Below, one piece after another: positions 19,161-27,644 of a stretch of DNA of 64,000 nt. Made by a program: the position numbers and the translations under genes. The notes under the pieces were generated by a model. The model was not told the origin of the DNA. It did no database searches and worked only from the letters and a program-made list of their open reading frames with translations. This stretch comes from Planctomycetota bacterium (GTDB taxonomy: Bacteria; Planctomycetota; B15-G4). Position 1 is the first letter of the stretch, and each line of letters begins with the position of its first letter. The stretch covers positions 1-64,000 of the forward strand of contig JBBQUR010000016.1 in NCBI GenBank assembly GCA_038212275.1. Direction: 5' to 3'.

Positions 19161-19913
19161 TTGCATCACGCCGACCATCGCTTCAGCCAGGTCCGTCCTC
19201 GCCGCGCCGCCGCGGTTGCCTTCGTCGCCGTGCTCGGCCTGTCGGTCTTCACCGCCTGCGCGTCGCACCACCCGACAGCCGCCACGAGTGCCCTGACCAC
19301 GGAGCACGATCCGGGCGCCGCGCCGGTCGGGCCGGCGCTTGCGATGACCCGCCTCGTCGAGGGCAACACGCGCTTTGCCACCGGCACCATGCTGCATCCG
19401 CGGCAGACAGCCGAACGGCGCACCGAGCTCGCCAGCACCCAGGCGCCCTTCGCGGTCATCCTCGGCTGCTCCGACTCGCGGACCTCTCCTGAACTGGTGT
19501 TCGACCAGGGGCTGGGCGACCTGTTCGTCGTGCGGGTGGCCGGCAACGTCATCGACGACCATGCGATCGGCAGCATCGAGTACGCCGTCGAGCACCTGCA
19601 CAGCGAACTCCTCGTGGTGCTCGGGCACGAGCGCTGCGGCGCGGTGAAGGCGGCCTGCCAGGCCTACGTCACCGGGAGCGAGAGCGACGATCACATCCAG
19701 TCGCTGCTGGAGGCCATCGAGCCCGCCGTCGCGGAGACCACCGGGCAGGATGCCGAGGCCACGTGCCTGGCGAACATCCGCAACGTCGTGCGCGCCCTGC
19801 GCAGCTCCGAGCCCGTGCTGCAGCACGCCGCGGGCGCAGGCCATCTCAAGGTCGTCGGCGCCTACTACGACCTGGACACGGGCCTCGTCGCCTTCCTCCC
19901 CGACGTGGAGTGA
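19161..19913 (+). CDS. Beta-class carbonic anhydrase, probable lipoprotein
   Basis: RLVEGNTRF, GCSDSR, RVAGN and GHERCGAV zinc ligands; FTAC lipobox; GGAGA RBS before a TTG start. Confidence 0.93.
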   Translation: MHHADHRFSQVRPRRAAAVAFVAVLGLSVFTACASHHPTAATSALTTEHDPGAAPVGPALAMTRLVEGNTRFATGTMLHPRQTAERRTELASTQAPFAVILGCSDSRTSPELVFDQGLGDLFVVRVAGNVIDDHAIGSIEYAVEHLHSELLVVLGHERCGAVKAACQAYVTGSESDDHIQSLLEAIEPAVAETTGQDAEATCLANIRNVVRALRSSEPVLQHAAGAGHLKVVGAYYDLDTGLVAFLPDVE

Positions 19914-19938
19914 CGGAACAGCCGCAGCGGGAGCAGCG

Positions 19939-20014
19939 TGGTGCGCCCGGCAGGAATTGAACCTGCGACCCCCGGTTTAGGAAACCAGTGCTCTATCCCC
20001 TGAGCTACGGGCGC
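19939..20014 (-). tRNA. tRNA-Arg (anticodon CCT)
   Basis: GCGCCCGTAGCTCAGGGGATAGAGCACTGGTTTCCTAAACCGGGGGTCGCAGGTTCAATTCCTGCCGGGCGCACCA folds as a cloverleaf with encoded CCA. Confidence 0.97.
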
Positions 20015-20129
20015 GTCGGGCCGTGATCATGGCCGCCGGCCGCATCGCGCGGCAAGGTCGGGCTGTGGCGGGAGGTCGGGTGATCGGGGTTCTGCAACAT
20101 CCGTCCCCCGTTCTCTCGGGTTTCTGAAG

Positions 20130-20135
20130 TAGAGT
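20130..20135 (+). promoter_or_regulatory. Putative -10 element of a leaderless transcript
   Basis: TAGAGT lies 6 nt before GTG 20142; no Shine-Dalgarno. Confidence 0.45.
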
Positions 20136-20141
20136 GCGCCC

Positions 20142-20969
20142 GTGACGGATCCACAAACCTCTGCCTCCCTGTCGTCCGCGGCAGCGGCGCACGACGGTGA
20201 CGCGGACGACTTCGACGAGCGCCTGCTCGACGCCTTCCGCCCGAAGGAAGTGCTCCTCGAGCTGACCTCTCGCTGCAGCCTGCGCTGCATCTACTGCGCG
20301 GTGAGCCAGCCGTTCTACGTCGGGCAGGACCTGAAGATGGGCCGCGACGAGATCGTGGAGCAGCTCGTCAAGCTGGCGCCGAGCGAGTTCCAGATCAACG
20401 GGCACGGCGAGACGAGCATCGTCGAGGGGTGGGACGATCTGGCGCGCAGCCTGCTGAGCCGCGGCCTGTCGCTCACGATGATCTCGCACATGAACAAGCC
20501 GATGAACCAGGCGGAGATCGACGTCTACGCCCGGCTGCAGCGCCTCACGGTCAGCTGCGACACGCACGACCCGGAGGTCTACCAGCGCCTGCGCCGCGGC
20601 GGCCGCCTGGAACGCGTCTCCGACAACATCAAGTGGATCTACGAAACCTGCCGGCGCGACGGCCTGCCGAAGCCCTACATCGCGATCAACTGCACGACCT
20701 CGCACATCAACGTGCTCGGCATTCCCGAGCTGGTGAGCTGGGCCGCAGACCTCGGCGTGGCGTGCGTCGCCCTGACGAACCTCGTCGAATACCCCGAGAT
20801 TCCCAACTGCGAGAGGCCGCTGCACCCGACGAGGGTCGATCCGGCCGGCGCGCTGATTGCGGTGCGCCGCGGACGCGAGATCGCCATCGAGCGGGGCCTG
20901 GACTACTTTCCGATGGGAGACCTCGAGGAGTCGCTCGTCGCGGCCTGCCGCGAGCACCTGATCCCGTGA
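20142..20969 (+). CDS. Radical SAM enzyme (core domain only)
   Basis: ELTSRCSLRCIYC (CxxxCxxC), GHGE motif, VSCD and YQRLRRGG; no C-terminal SPASM in this frame. Confidence 0.9.
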   Translation: MTDPQTSASLSSAAAAHDGDADDFDERLLDAFRPKEVLLELTSRCSLRCIYCAVSQPFYVGQDLKMGRDEIVEQLVKLAPSEFQINGHGETSIVEGWDDLARSLLSRGLSLTMISHMNKPMNQAEIDVYARLQRLTVSCDTHDPEVYQRLRRGGRLERVSDNIKWIYETCRRDGLPKPYIAINCTTSHINVLGIPELVSWAADLGVACVALTNLVEYPEIPNCERPLHPTRVDPAGALIAVRRGREIAIERGLDYFPMGDLEESLVAACREHLIP

Positions 20970-21643
20970 GCACGAACGTCTGCACGCCGCACGCGGGCCA
21001 GACGCGCGACTGCCTAGACCCGTGGAAGATGGCCTACGTGAAGGCCGACGGCGAGGTGTCGCTGTGCTGCTGGTCCAAGTCGATCGGCAATGTGAAGGAC
21101 GGCACGATCAACGACCTGCTGCACAACGAGGCGTCGCGCGAGATGCGCCGCGGGCTGCTGACCGGCGCGATGCCCCACGACTGCGTGGTGTGCCCCGCGC
21201 GTCCGCTGGTGCCGGTGCCCGAACTGCGCAGGAAAGTCGAGGACTTCGCGGCCGACGACGGCCGCCAGGAGATGCTCGCGCTGCGGTCGCGACTGCACGG
21301 CGTGCAGGAAGCGCTGGTGCAGGAGCGGCGGATCCACGCCGACGTGGACAAGGAGTTCGAGAAGCTCCGCGAATCCGTCCGGAGCCTTCAGGAGCAGCTC
21401 AAGGCTCACGAAGGTCTCAAGGCCCAGCTGGACGAGATGGCCGATCGAGAGGCGCGCCTCCTCGAGCGCCTTGGCCGGCTGGAGCTGGAGCGCGGCCACC
21501 TGCAGGCCCACCTGGGCCTTCTGCTGGAGGACGCGCACGCGCTCGCCGAAGGGCGGGCGCCCATCCTGCGCATCGTCTACCGCTGGGTGCGCGGCCGGGC
21601 GCGTTCGATGTTCGGCCGCGAGCCGGCCGCACCCTCCGCCTGA
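20966..21643 (+). CDS. Stand-alone SPASM/twitch domain fused to a coiled coil
   Basis: CLDPW..AYVKADGEVSLCC...IGNV...CVVCP, then a heptad-rich helix and a basic amphipathic C-terminus. GTGA overlap with the rSAM stop. Confidence 0.82.
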   Translation: MSTNVCTPHAGQTRDCLDPWKMAYVKADGEVSLCCWSKSIGNVKDGTINDLLHNEASREMRRGLLTGAMPHDCVVCPARPLVPVPELRRKVEDFAADDGRQEMLALRSRLHGVQEALVQERRIHADVDKEFEKLRESVRSLQEQLKAHEGLKAQLDEMADREARLLERLGRLELERGHLQAHLGLLLEDAHALAEGRAPILRIVYRWVRGRARSMFGREPAAPSA

Positions 21644-21735
21644 GGACTGTGTTCAGGAAGTCGGGTCTTGGTACAACCCGCACCTGTTCGCGAGCGCACT
21701 TCGAGGCGCTCGCCTCGCAACTCCGGGGACACCTC

Positions 21736-22698
21736 ATGATGCATGCACCTGCCACTCACCGCACCCGCAAGTCCTCCGCTGCCGGCCCGGTTGCATGTCT
21801 CGGCGTGGCCGTCTGCGCGGCGTTCTTCGCACAGGGTTGCGCGACGGTGGCCTCGGCGCCCCCCTCGGCGTTCCCGGCCAGCTTCGAGTCGATGCCTGCG
21901 GACGGCGCACCCGTCGCGGATCTGGGTTGGAGTGGCGCGGATGGTGACGACGCCTCCGGCGAGATCACGCTGAGCGGCGACCCGTCGCGCACGCCGAAGC
22001 CCCTCGCGGCAAAGTCCGCCGACGAGTGGGTCATCACCGCGACGCCCTACCTCTGGATGTTGGGAATCGACGGCAAGGTGACAGCCAAGGGGCAGAAGGC
22101 CGACTTGAACATGTCCTTCAGCGACATTCTCGACGACCTCAGCTACGCGGCGATGATGCATGTCGAAGCTTGGAACGGCGACTGGGGCTTTGTCATCGAT
22201 CCGCTCTACGCCGCGCTGTCCGCCAGCGACCATATCGGTCCCGACGAACTTGACTCCAAGCTGAGGCTGACCATTGTCGATGCCCTCGTGATGCGCCACC
22301 TTGCCACGTCGGATGACGGCGACACGCAGCTCGATGGCCTGGCCGGCCTTCGCTACTGGAACTTGAATGCGAGCGCGGCCGTGGACTCGCTCGGCATCCA
22401 CAGGTCCGACTCAACAGACTGGGTGGACGCCCTCATCGGTGCGCGAGTCATCACGAAGCTCGACAAGGACTGGACCTTCTCCCTGCGCGGCGACGTGGGC
22501 GGTTTCGGCATCGGCTCCTCCGCCAAGAAGGAGTGGTCCGCCACGACAGGCTTCGCTTACGAGGTCGATCCGACGAACCACGTCTTCTTTGGCTACAAGC
22601 TGCTGAGCATCGACAAGTCCACCGGCAGCGGCGCGAACGAGACCGGCTTGAACGCGCAATTAACCGGCCCGGCCGTCGGCTGGGAGTTCGCCTTCTAG
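21736..22698 (+). CDS. Putative outer-membrane beta-barrel protein
   Basis: Signal with FAQGC, alternating beta-strands (TPYLW, GLRYW, WVDALIG, LRGDVGGFG) and terminal WEFAF. Confidence 0.78.
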   Translation: MMHAPATHRTRKSSAAGPVACLGVAVCAAFFAQGCATVASAPPSAFPASFESMPADGAPVADLGWSGADGDDASGEITLSGDPSRTPKPLAAKSADEWVITATPYLWMLGIDGKVTAKGQKADLNMSFSDILDDLSYAAMMHVEAWNGDWGFVIDPLYAALSASDHIGPDELDSKLRLTIVDALVMRHLATSDDGDTQLDGLAGLRYWNLNASAAVDSLGIHRSDSTDWVDALIGARVITKLDKDWTFSLRGDVGGFGIGSSAKKEWSATTGFAYEVDPTNHVFFGYKLLSIDKSTGSGANETGLNAQLTGPAVGWEFAF

Positions 22699-22710
22699 GC
22701 CTCGCAGGCA

Positions 22711-22764
22711 CGGCGCCCCGGCAACCCGGCAACCCGGCAACCCGGCGCCCCGGCGCCCCGGCGC
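22711..22764. repeat. 8-bp tandem repeat (CGGCAACC/CGGCGCCC, ~6.7 copies) between convergent genes
   Basis: Directly visible with an 8-bp period. Confidence 0.8.
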
Positions 22765-22786
22765 TGCGAACTTGCGGCGCCGCGAC

Positions 22787-23557
22787 TCACACGATCGAGC
22801 TGCCGCCGTCCACGTGCAGCGTCTGTCCGATCATGTGGTCCGACGCGCGCGAGCACAGGAACACGATGCTGCCTGCGAGGTCTGCGGGCACACCGTGCTT
22901 CCCGCGCGGGATGCCGGCCATGATGCTCGCGTAGAAATCCTTGTTCTCGAAGACGCCCTTCGACATGTCGGTGTCGAAGAGTCCGGGCGCGATGCAGTTC
23001 ACCTGGATGCCGCGCGGCGCCCACTCGGCCGCCAGCGAGCGCGTGAGCAGGATGACGCCGCCCTTGCTCGCGCAGTAGGACGTGGCGCCCGGCGCGCCCA
23101 CGTGACCGAGCACCGAGGCGATGTTCACGACCTTGCCGCTCTGCTGCGCCAGGAAGGTCGGCCCGACCGCCTTGCAGAAGAGGAAGCTGCCGATCAGGTT
23201 CACCTCGAGCACGCGGCGCCAGTCCTCCAGCGACGTCTGCTCGATGGGCCCCATGTGATAGGTGCCCGCGCAGTTCACGAGAATGTCGAGGCGCCCGAAG
23301 CTCCGCAGCGCGGCCTCCACGGCGCGAGGCGCCGTCCTTTCGTCCGCGACGTCTCCGGCGACGGCCAGCGCACGCCGACCCGTGGCGGCCACCGTCTTCA
23401 CGCTGTCCGAGAGGTCCGCCTCCCGCCGCGCGACGAGCACGCAGTCGGCGCCGGCCTCCGCCAGCGCGACGGCCATCGCGGCTCCGAGGCCACGCCCGCC
23501 TCCGGTGACGAGCGCCACCTTGCCGTCGATGCGAAACAGGTTCGTGCTCATGCTCAT
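22787..23557 (-). CDS. Short-chain dehydrogenase/reductase (KduD/Gno-like)
   Basis: TGGGRGLG, NCAG, YCASK, NCIAPG and VDGG. Confidence 0.94.
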   Translation of the reverse strand: MSMSTNLFRIDGKVALVTGGGRGLGAAMAVALAEAGADCVLVARREADLSDSVKTVAATGRRALAVAGDVADERTAPRAVEAALRSFGRLDILVNCAGTYHMGPIEQTSLEDWRRVLEVNLIGSFLFCKAVGPTFLAQQSGKVVNIASVLGHVGAPGATSYCASKGGVILLTRSLAAEWAPRGIQVNCIAPGLFDTDMSKGVFENKDFYASIMAGIPRGKHGVPADLAGSIVFLCSRASDHMIGQTLHVDGGSSIV

Positions 23558-23585
23558 GGCTCGGTTGCCTCGGGGCGGGTCGGCT

Positions 23586-25622
23586 TCACGGAATGCGTCG
23601 CACGGTGAGGATGTGGTCGCCGATCTCGAGCTGCTGCATCACGTCGGCGCCCTCGACGACCTGGCCGAAAAACGTGTAGTGGCCATCGAGGTGCGGCGTG
23701 GGCACGTGCGTCATGAAGAGCTGGCAGCCGCCCGTGTGACTCTCGCCGGCGTTGGGCATGCCCACGCTGCCGGTGAGGAAGGGCCGCGAGGAGAACTCGT
23801 CGGGCAGGCGCCGGCCGCCGGTGCCGAAGCCGTCGCCGCGCGGGTCGAGCCCCTGCACCACGAAGTCCGGCACGACGCGATGGACGTCGAGTCCGTCGTA
23901 GCAGCCGGCCTCGGCCAGCAGCAGGAAGGATGCGACGTGCACCGGTGCGCGGATGCGGTCGAGTTCGATCACGAGTTCGCCGCGCGTGGTGGAGATCAGG
24001 ACGCGCGGTGCCGGGTCGCCGCGCGCCGCGAGATCCTGCGCGAGCAGCCTGTCGAGCAGTCGGCCGGGCGGCGCGGGCGCGGGGCCCTCGCCGTCGGGCG
24101 GAAGGCCCAGCGCCTTGCGCAACGCCTGGCGCGCCTCCTTCAACTCGAAGCCGCGCGCGCGTTCGAGCGCGGCGGCCATCGCGACGACGAGCTCCGGCGC
24201 GGCCGTGCCGTCGTCGATGCGCGGCGCGAGGGCTTCGGCTGCGGCGGAAAGCGTCGCTGGATCGTCGCTCCGCAGCGCGCGCAGGAGCTGGTCGTGGCGG
24301 AGCGAGGGCTTGCCGCCGGAGACCTCCAGCGCGGCGGCCTGCACGGGCGGGCTGTCGTCGGCAGCGAGTGCGGCCAGCGTCTCGTCGTCGCGCAGCGGCC
24401 CGGCGGCCAGCGCCTTGGCGGCGCGCTCGCGGTCGCGCCAGTCGTCGCTGCGGGCCAGCTGGTGCAGGAAGTAGAGCGCGCGCCCCTCGTCCGCCACGGC
24501 GACGAGCGAGGCGGCCGCCTGCCGCCGCACCATGGCCGATTCGTCGTGTAGACCCGCCTCCGCCAGCGCATCGGAGCCGACGCGGCGATCGTCGTCGGTG
24601 ATGTCGGGTTGCGCGAGTCGCTCGGCCAGCGCCTCCACGGCCGTGAAGCGCACGAGCGCGGAAGCCGGCTCGGCAAGCCGTGTCGCCAGGACTTCAACGT
24701 CGCCGCCGAGTGCCAGCGCGCGCAACGCCGCGATGACGACGCGCTCGTCCTCGTCGGCGAGCAGCGGGGCGACGTCGCGGTTGTCGGCGAGGGCTTCCTT
24801 CTGCAGCGAGGCGAGGCCGTTCAGCGCGAAGAGCCGGCACAGCGGCTCGGGGTCGCGCAGACAGGATTGCAGGACGGTGGCGAGGCCGCGCCGCCCGCGC
24901 ACGCCGGCCAGCGTGTACGTCGCACGCCAGCGCACGCCGGCGTCCGGGTCGCGCAGGGCGAGCTGCGCCAGCGCCGCGTCGCGCGCCAGCAACTCCGCGT
25001 CGGTGGCCGTGCGCTCGTGCGTGAAGCGGCGACCGTCCAGGCCGAAGAAAGCCAGGGCCGCTGCGCCGCGCACTCCCGCGTCGGCGTCCGCGAGCAGCGG
25101 GATGAGCGCGCTGGTCCGGCTGTCGTCGGCAAGCTTTCCGAGCGCTGCCGAGGCTGCGGCGCGGACGGCGGCATCGGGGTGTACCAGTCCCATGGCCACG
25201 GCGCCGGCCAGCGACGCGTCGTGCCGCTGGCCCAGTGCGAAGAGAATCTCGACGAGGACGGCCGTCTCGGTCTCGGTCTGAGCCTGCTGCGCGAGCGCCG
25301 CGCCGGCGTCGCTGCGTGGCCTCTGCGCGAGCCCGCGCGCCGCGACGAGTCGCACCCCGGCGTCCGGGTGATGCAGGCCCGCCACGAGCGAGCCGTCGTC
25401 CAGCGGATCGGTGAGCAGGTCCGCGGGCGGCATCGGAGTGGGCGTGGGAATGGGCGTGGCGATGCGGGACGCGGCGGAGTCGTCGCCGCGGGCCGAGACC
25501 CCGGCCTGCGGGCCGGCCTCCCGTGACGTGCCGCTGGTCGGCGCACGCGACGCGTTCGTCGCCCCGCAGCCGCAGGGCAGCAGCTGCAGCGCCGCCAGCG
25601 CGCACGACGCCAGGATCCGCAT
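23586..25622 (-). CDS. HEAT-repeat lipoprotein with C-terminal cyclophilin-type PPIase domain
   Basis: Repeated D.D..VR.AAA.AL units, then HRVVPDFVVQG.DPRGDG.G and PHLDGHYT.FG. Start is 25622 (LPCGC lipobox) or a leaderless ATG at 25745. Confidence 0.88.
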   Translation of the reverse strand: MRILASCALAALQLLPCGCGATNASRAPTSGTSREAGPQAGVSARGDDSAASRIATPIPTPTPMPPADLLTDPLDDGSLVAGLHHPDAGVRLVAARGLAQRPRSDAGAALAQQAQTETETAVLVEILFALGQRHDASLAGAVAMGLVHPDAAVRAAASAALGKLADDSRTSALIPLLADADAGVRGAAALAFFGLDGRRFTHERTATDAELLARDAALAQLALRDPDAGVRWRATYTLAGVRGRRGLATVLQSCLRDPEPLCRLFALNGLASLQKEALADNRDVAPLLADEDERVVIAALRALALGGDVEVLATRLAEPASALVRFTAVEALAERLAQPDITDDDRRVGSDALAEAGLHDESAMVRRQAAASLVAVADEGRALYFLHQLARSDDWRDRERAAKALAAGPLRDDETLAALAADDSPPVQAAALEVSGGKPSLRHDQLLRALRSDDPATLSAAAEALAPRIDDGTAAPELVVAMAAALERARGFELKEARQALRKALGLPPDGEGPAPAPPGRLLDRLLAQDLAARGDPAPRVLISTTRGELVIELDRIRAPVHVASFLLLAEAGCYDGLDVHRVVPDFVVQGLDPRGDGFGTGGRRLPDEFSSRPFLTGSVGMPNAGESHTGGCQLFMTHVPTPHLDGHYTFFGQVVEGADVMQQLEIGDHILTVRRIP

Positions 25623-25753
25623 GCCGCCGCGCGCGTCGGCTCGCGCCGTCGACGCCGACGCCGCCGCCGCGCCAGTCGTCGCGCCAATCGTCGCGCAGGT
25701 CGTCGCGCGCGGGGCCTTGCTCGGAGCGTGTGTCGCGGGCCGCATGAGGGTCG

Positions 25754-25763
25754 AGTGTATGAT
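25754..25763. promoter_or_regulatory. Overlapping divergent -10 elements (TACACT on -, TATGAT on +)
   Basis: agtgtatgat lies between the divergent HEAT-cyclophilin and yqeY genes. Confidence 0.45.
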
Positions 25764-25799
25764 CCGAGGCGCTCCCGCACACCCCGACAGGATCACGCG

Positions 25800-26255
25800 A
25801 TGAACAGCCTCGAAACGCGCCTCCGCGACGACGTGAAAGCCGCGATGAAGGCCGGGAACCGCGAGGAACTCGATGTCCTCCGCATGCTGCTGTCGGACGG
25901 CAAGAAAATCGTGATCGACGCCGGTTCCGCCAGCGATGCGATCCCCGACGACATCCTGCTCAAGGTGCTGAAGAAGGGGGTCAAGACGCGCAGCGAGTCC
26001 GCCGCGATGTACGCCCAGGCCGGCCGCAAGGACCTGCTCGAGGTGGAGCGCGCGCAGATCGCGATCATCGAGCGATACCTGCCGAAGACGCTTTCCGAGG
26101 ACGCGGTCGAGGTGGTGGTGGACGCGGTCATCAAGGACCTCGGCGCGCGCGACAAGACCGCCATGGGCAAGGTCATGAAGGAGGTCATGGTGCGGCTTTC
26201 GGGCCAGGCGGACGGCCAGCTCGTCTCGCGCCTGGTGGCTGCCCGCCTCTCGTGA
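25800..26255 (+). CDS. yqeY: GatB/YqeY domain protein
   Basis: L..DVKAAMKAG, K.R.ES...Y.QAGR.DL, YLP..LSE and MGKVM...L.G.ADG. Confidence 0.93.
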   Translation: MNSLETRLRDDVKAAMKAGNREELDVLRMLLSDGKKIVIDAGSASDAIPDDILLKVLKKGVKTRSESAAMYAQAGRKDLLEVERAQIAIIERYLPKTLSEDAVEVVVDAVIKDLGARDKTAMGKVMKEVMVRLSGQADGQLVSRLVAARLS

Positions 26256-26274
26256 GCCGCCGCGGCGTGACGCC

Positions 26275-27492
26275 GTGACGCCCGCGGCCTTCGATGCGCA
26301 GGCGGTGCGCGCGCGTTTCCCGGCGCTGACCGGCGGCGCCGACGTCGAGGTGGCGCTGGACAATGCCGCGACGACGCACCGGCCGCAGGCGGTCCTCGAT
26401 GCGCTGGCGCACGCCTACCGCGAGCACAATGCCAACGTGCACCGCGCCAATCACCGCACCGCGCGCCTCGCCACGGAAGGCTACGAGCGCGGGCGCCGCG
26501 CCGTCGCGCGCTTTCTCGGCGCGGAGACCGGCGAGGTCGTGTTCACGCGCAATGCGACCGAGGCCATCAACCTCGTGGCGCGCAGTTTCGCCGAGCCGCG
26601 CACCGGCCGGCACGACGTCATCGCGGTGTCCGCACTGGAGCACCACAGCAACCTCGTGCCCTGGCAGCAGCTCTGCAGGCGCACGGGCGCGACGCTCCAC
26701 GTGCTGCCGGTGGACCGCGACGGCCTGCTCGTCGAGCCGTGGTCGCTGCCCGAGCGCACGCGCCTGCTCGCGCTCACGCGCGTGAGCAACGCGCTTGGCT
26801 CCATTGTCGACACGACGGCCGCGGTGGAGCGCGCACACTCCGCCGGCGTGCCCGTGCTGCTCGACATCAGCCAGTCGGTGGCGCACCTGCCGGTCGACGA
26901 GGGCACGCGCGCGGCGGACTTCCTCGCCTTCTCCGCGCACAAAGCCTACGGCCCCTTCGGTCTCGGCATGCTGCGCGGGCGCGCGGCGCACCTCGCCGCG
27001 ATGGAGCCCGTGAGCTTCGGCGGCGAGATGGTGTCGGCGGTGCACCGCGACGAGGCCACCTGGCAGGCGCCTCCCTTGCGTTTCGAAGCGGGCACGCCGC
27101 CGATCGCGGAGGCCATCGCCTTCGTCGCCGCGCTGGACCTGCTCGAGGAACTGACGCTGCCCGCGATCCGTGCGCACGAACTGACGCTGCTGCAGCGCCT
27201 GCTCGACGGCGTGGCGGGCGTGGAGCATGTGCGCGTCGTGGGGCCGCCGCGCGCCGAACAGCGCTCGGGCGCCCTCTCGCTCGTCATCGACGGCGGCGAC
27301 GTGGCGGTGGCCGCCGGCGTACTGGATCTGCAGGGTGTCGCGGTGCGCGCCGGCTTCCACTGCGCGCAGCCGCTGCTCGAGGAGCTGGGCTGCGGCCCCA
27401 CGCTGCGAGCGAGCGTGGCCGTCTACACCAGCGAGCAGGACATCGACGCGCTGCTGGAAGCGCTGCCGCACGCCGTCGCCGCGAGCCGCTGA
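26275..27492 (+). CDS. Group II cysteine desulfurase (SufS-like)
   Basis: LDNAATT, ANVHR, EHHSN, PLP-Lys in SAHKAYGP, FEAGTP and catalytic RAGFHCAQP. Confidence 0.9.
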   Translation: MTPAAFDAQAVRARFPALTGGADVEVALDNAATTHRPQAVLDALAHAYREHNANVHRANHRTARLATEGYERGRRAVARFLGAETGEVVFTRNATEAINLVARSFAEPRTGRHDVIAVSALEHHSNLVPWQQLCRRTGATLHVLPVDRDGLLVEPWSLPERTRLLALTRVSNALGSIVDTTAAVERAHSAGVPVLLDISQSVAHLPVDEGTRAADFLAFSAHKAYGPFGLGMLRGRAAHLAAMEPVSFGGEMVSAVHRDEATWQAPPLRFEAGTPPIAEAIAFVAALDLLEELTLPAIRAHELTLLQRLLDGVAGVEHVRVVGPPRAEQRSGALSLVIDGGDVAVAAGVLDLQGVAVRAGFHCAQPLLEELGCGPTLRASVAVYTSEQDIDALLEALPHAVAASR

Positions 27493-27591
27493 GCCGCAGG
27501 GGCGCAGGGGCGAACGGGTGCACTGGCGCACGGACGCACGGACGCACGGACGCCACGTCGCCGACGCGTGCGGCGGGGACGACCGTGCCGC

Positions 27592-27597
27592 TACAAT
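27592..27597 (+). promoter_or_regulatory. Putative -10 element (TACAAT) for the M28-ispG-dsbD-folE run
   Basis: Near-consensus hexamer in the intergenic gap 47 nt before the ATG; no clear -35. Confidence 0.4.
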
Positions 27598-27644
27598 CCC
27601 GCGCCCCGCGAGGGAATGCATCCTCGCGCCGCCTGGAGATCGCC

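Noticed and set aside
16961..20014. Integrative element at tRNA-Arg using the 'site-specific recombinase'
   Set aside because: The protein lacks integrase catalytic motifs and is a polytopic membrane protein; no duplicated tRNA 3' end (att site) was seen.
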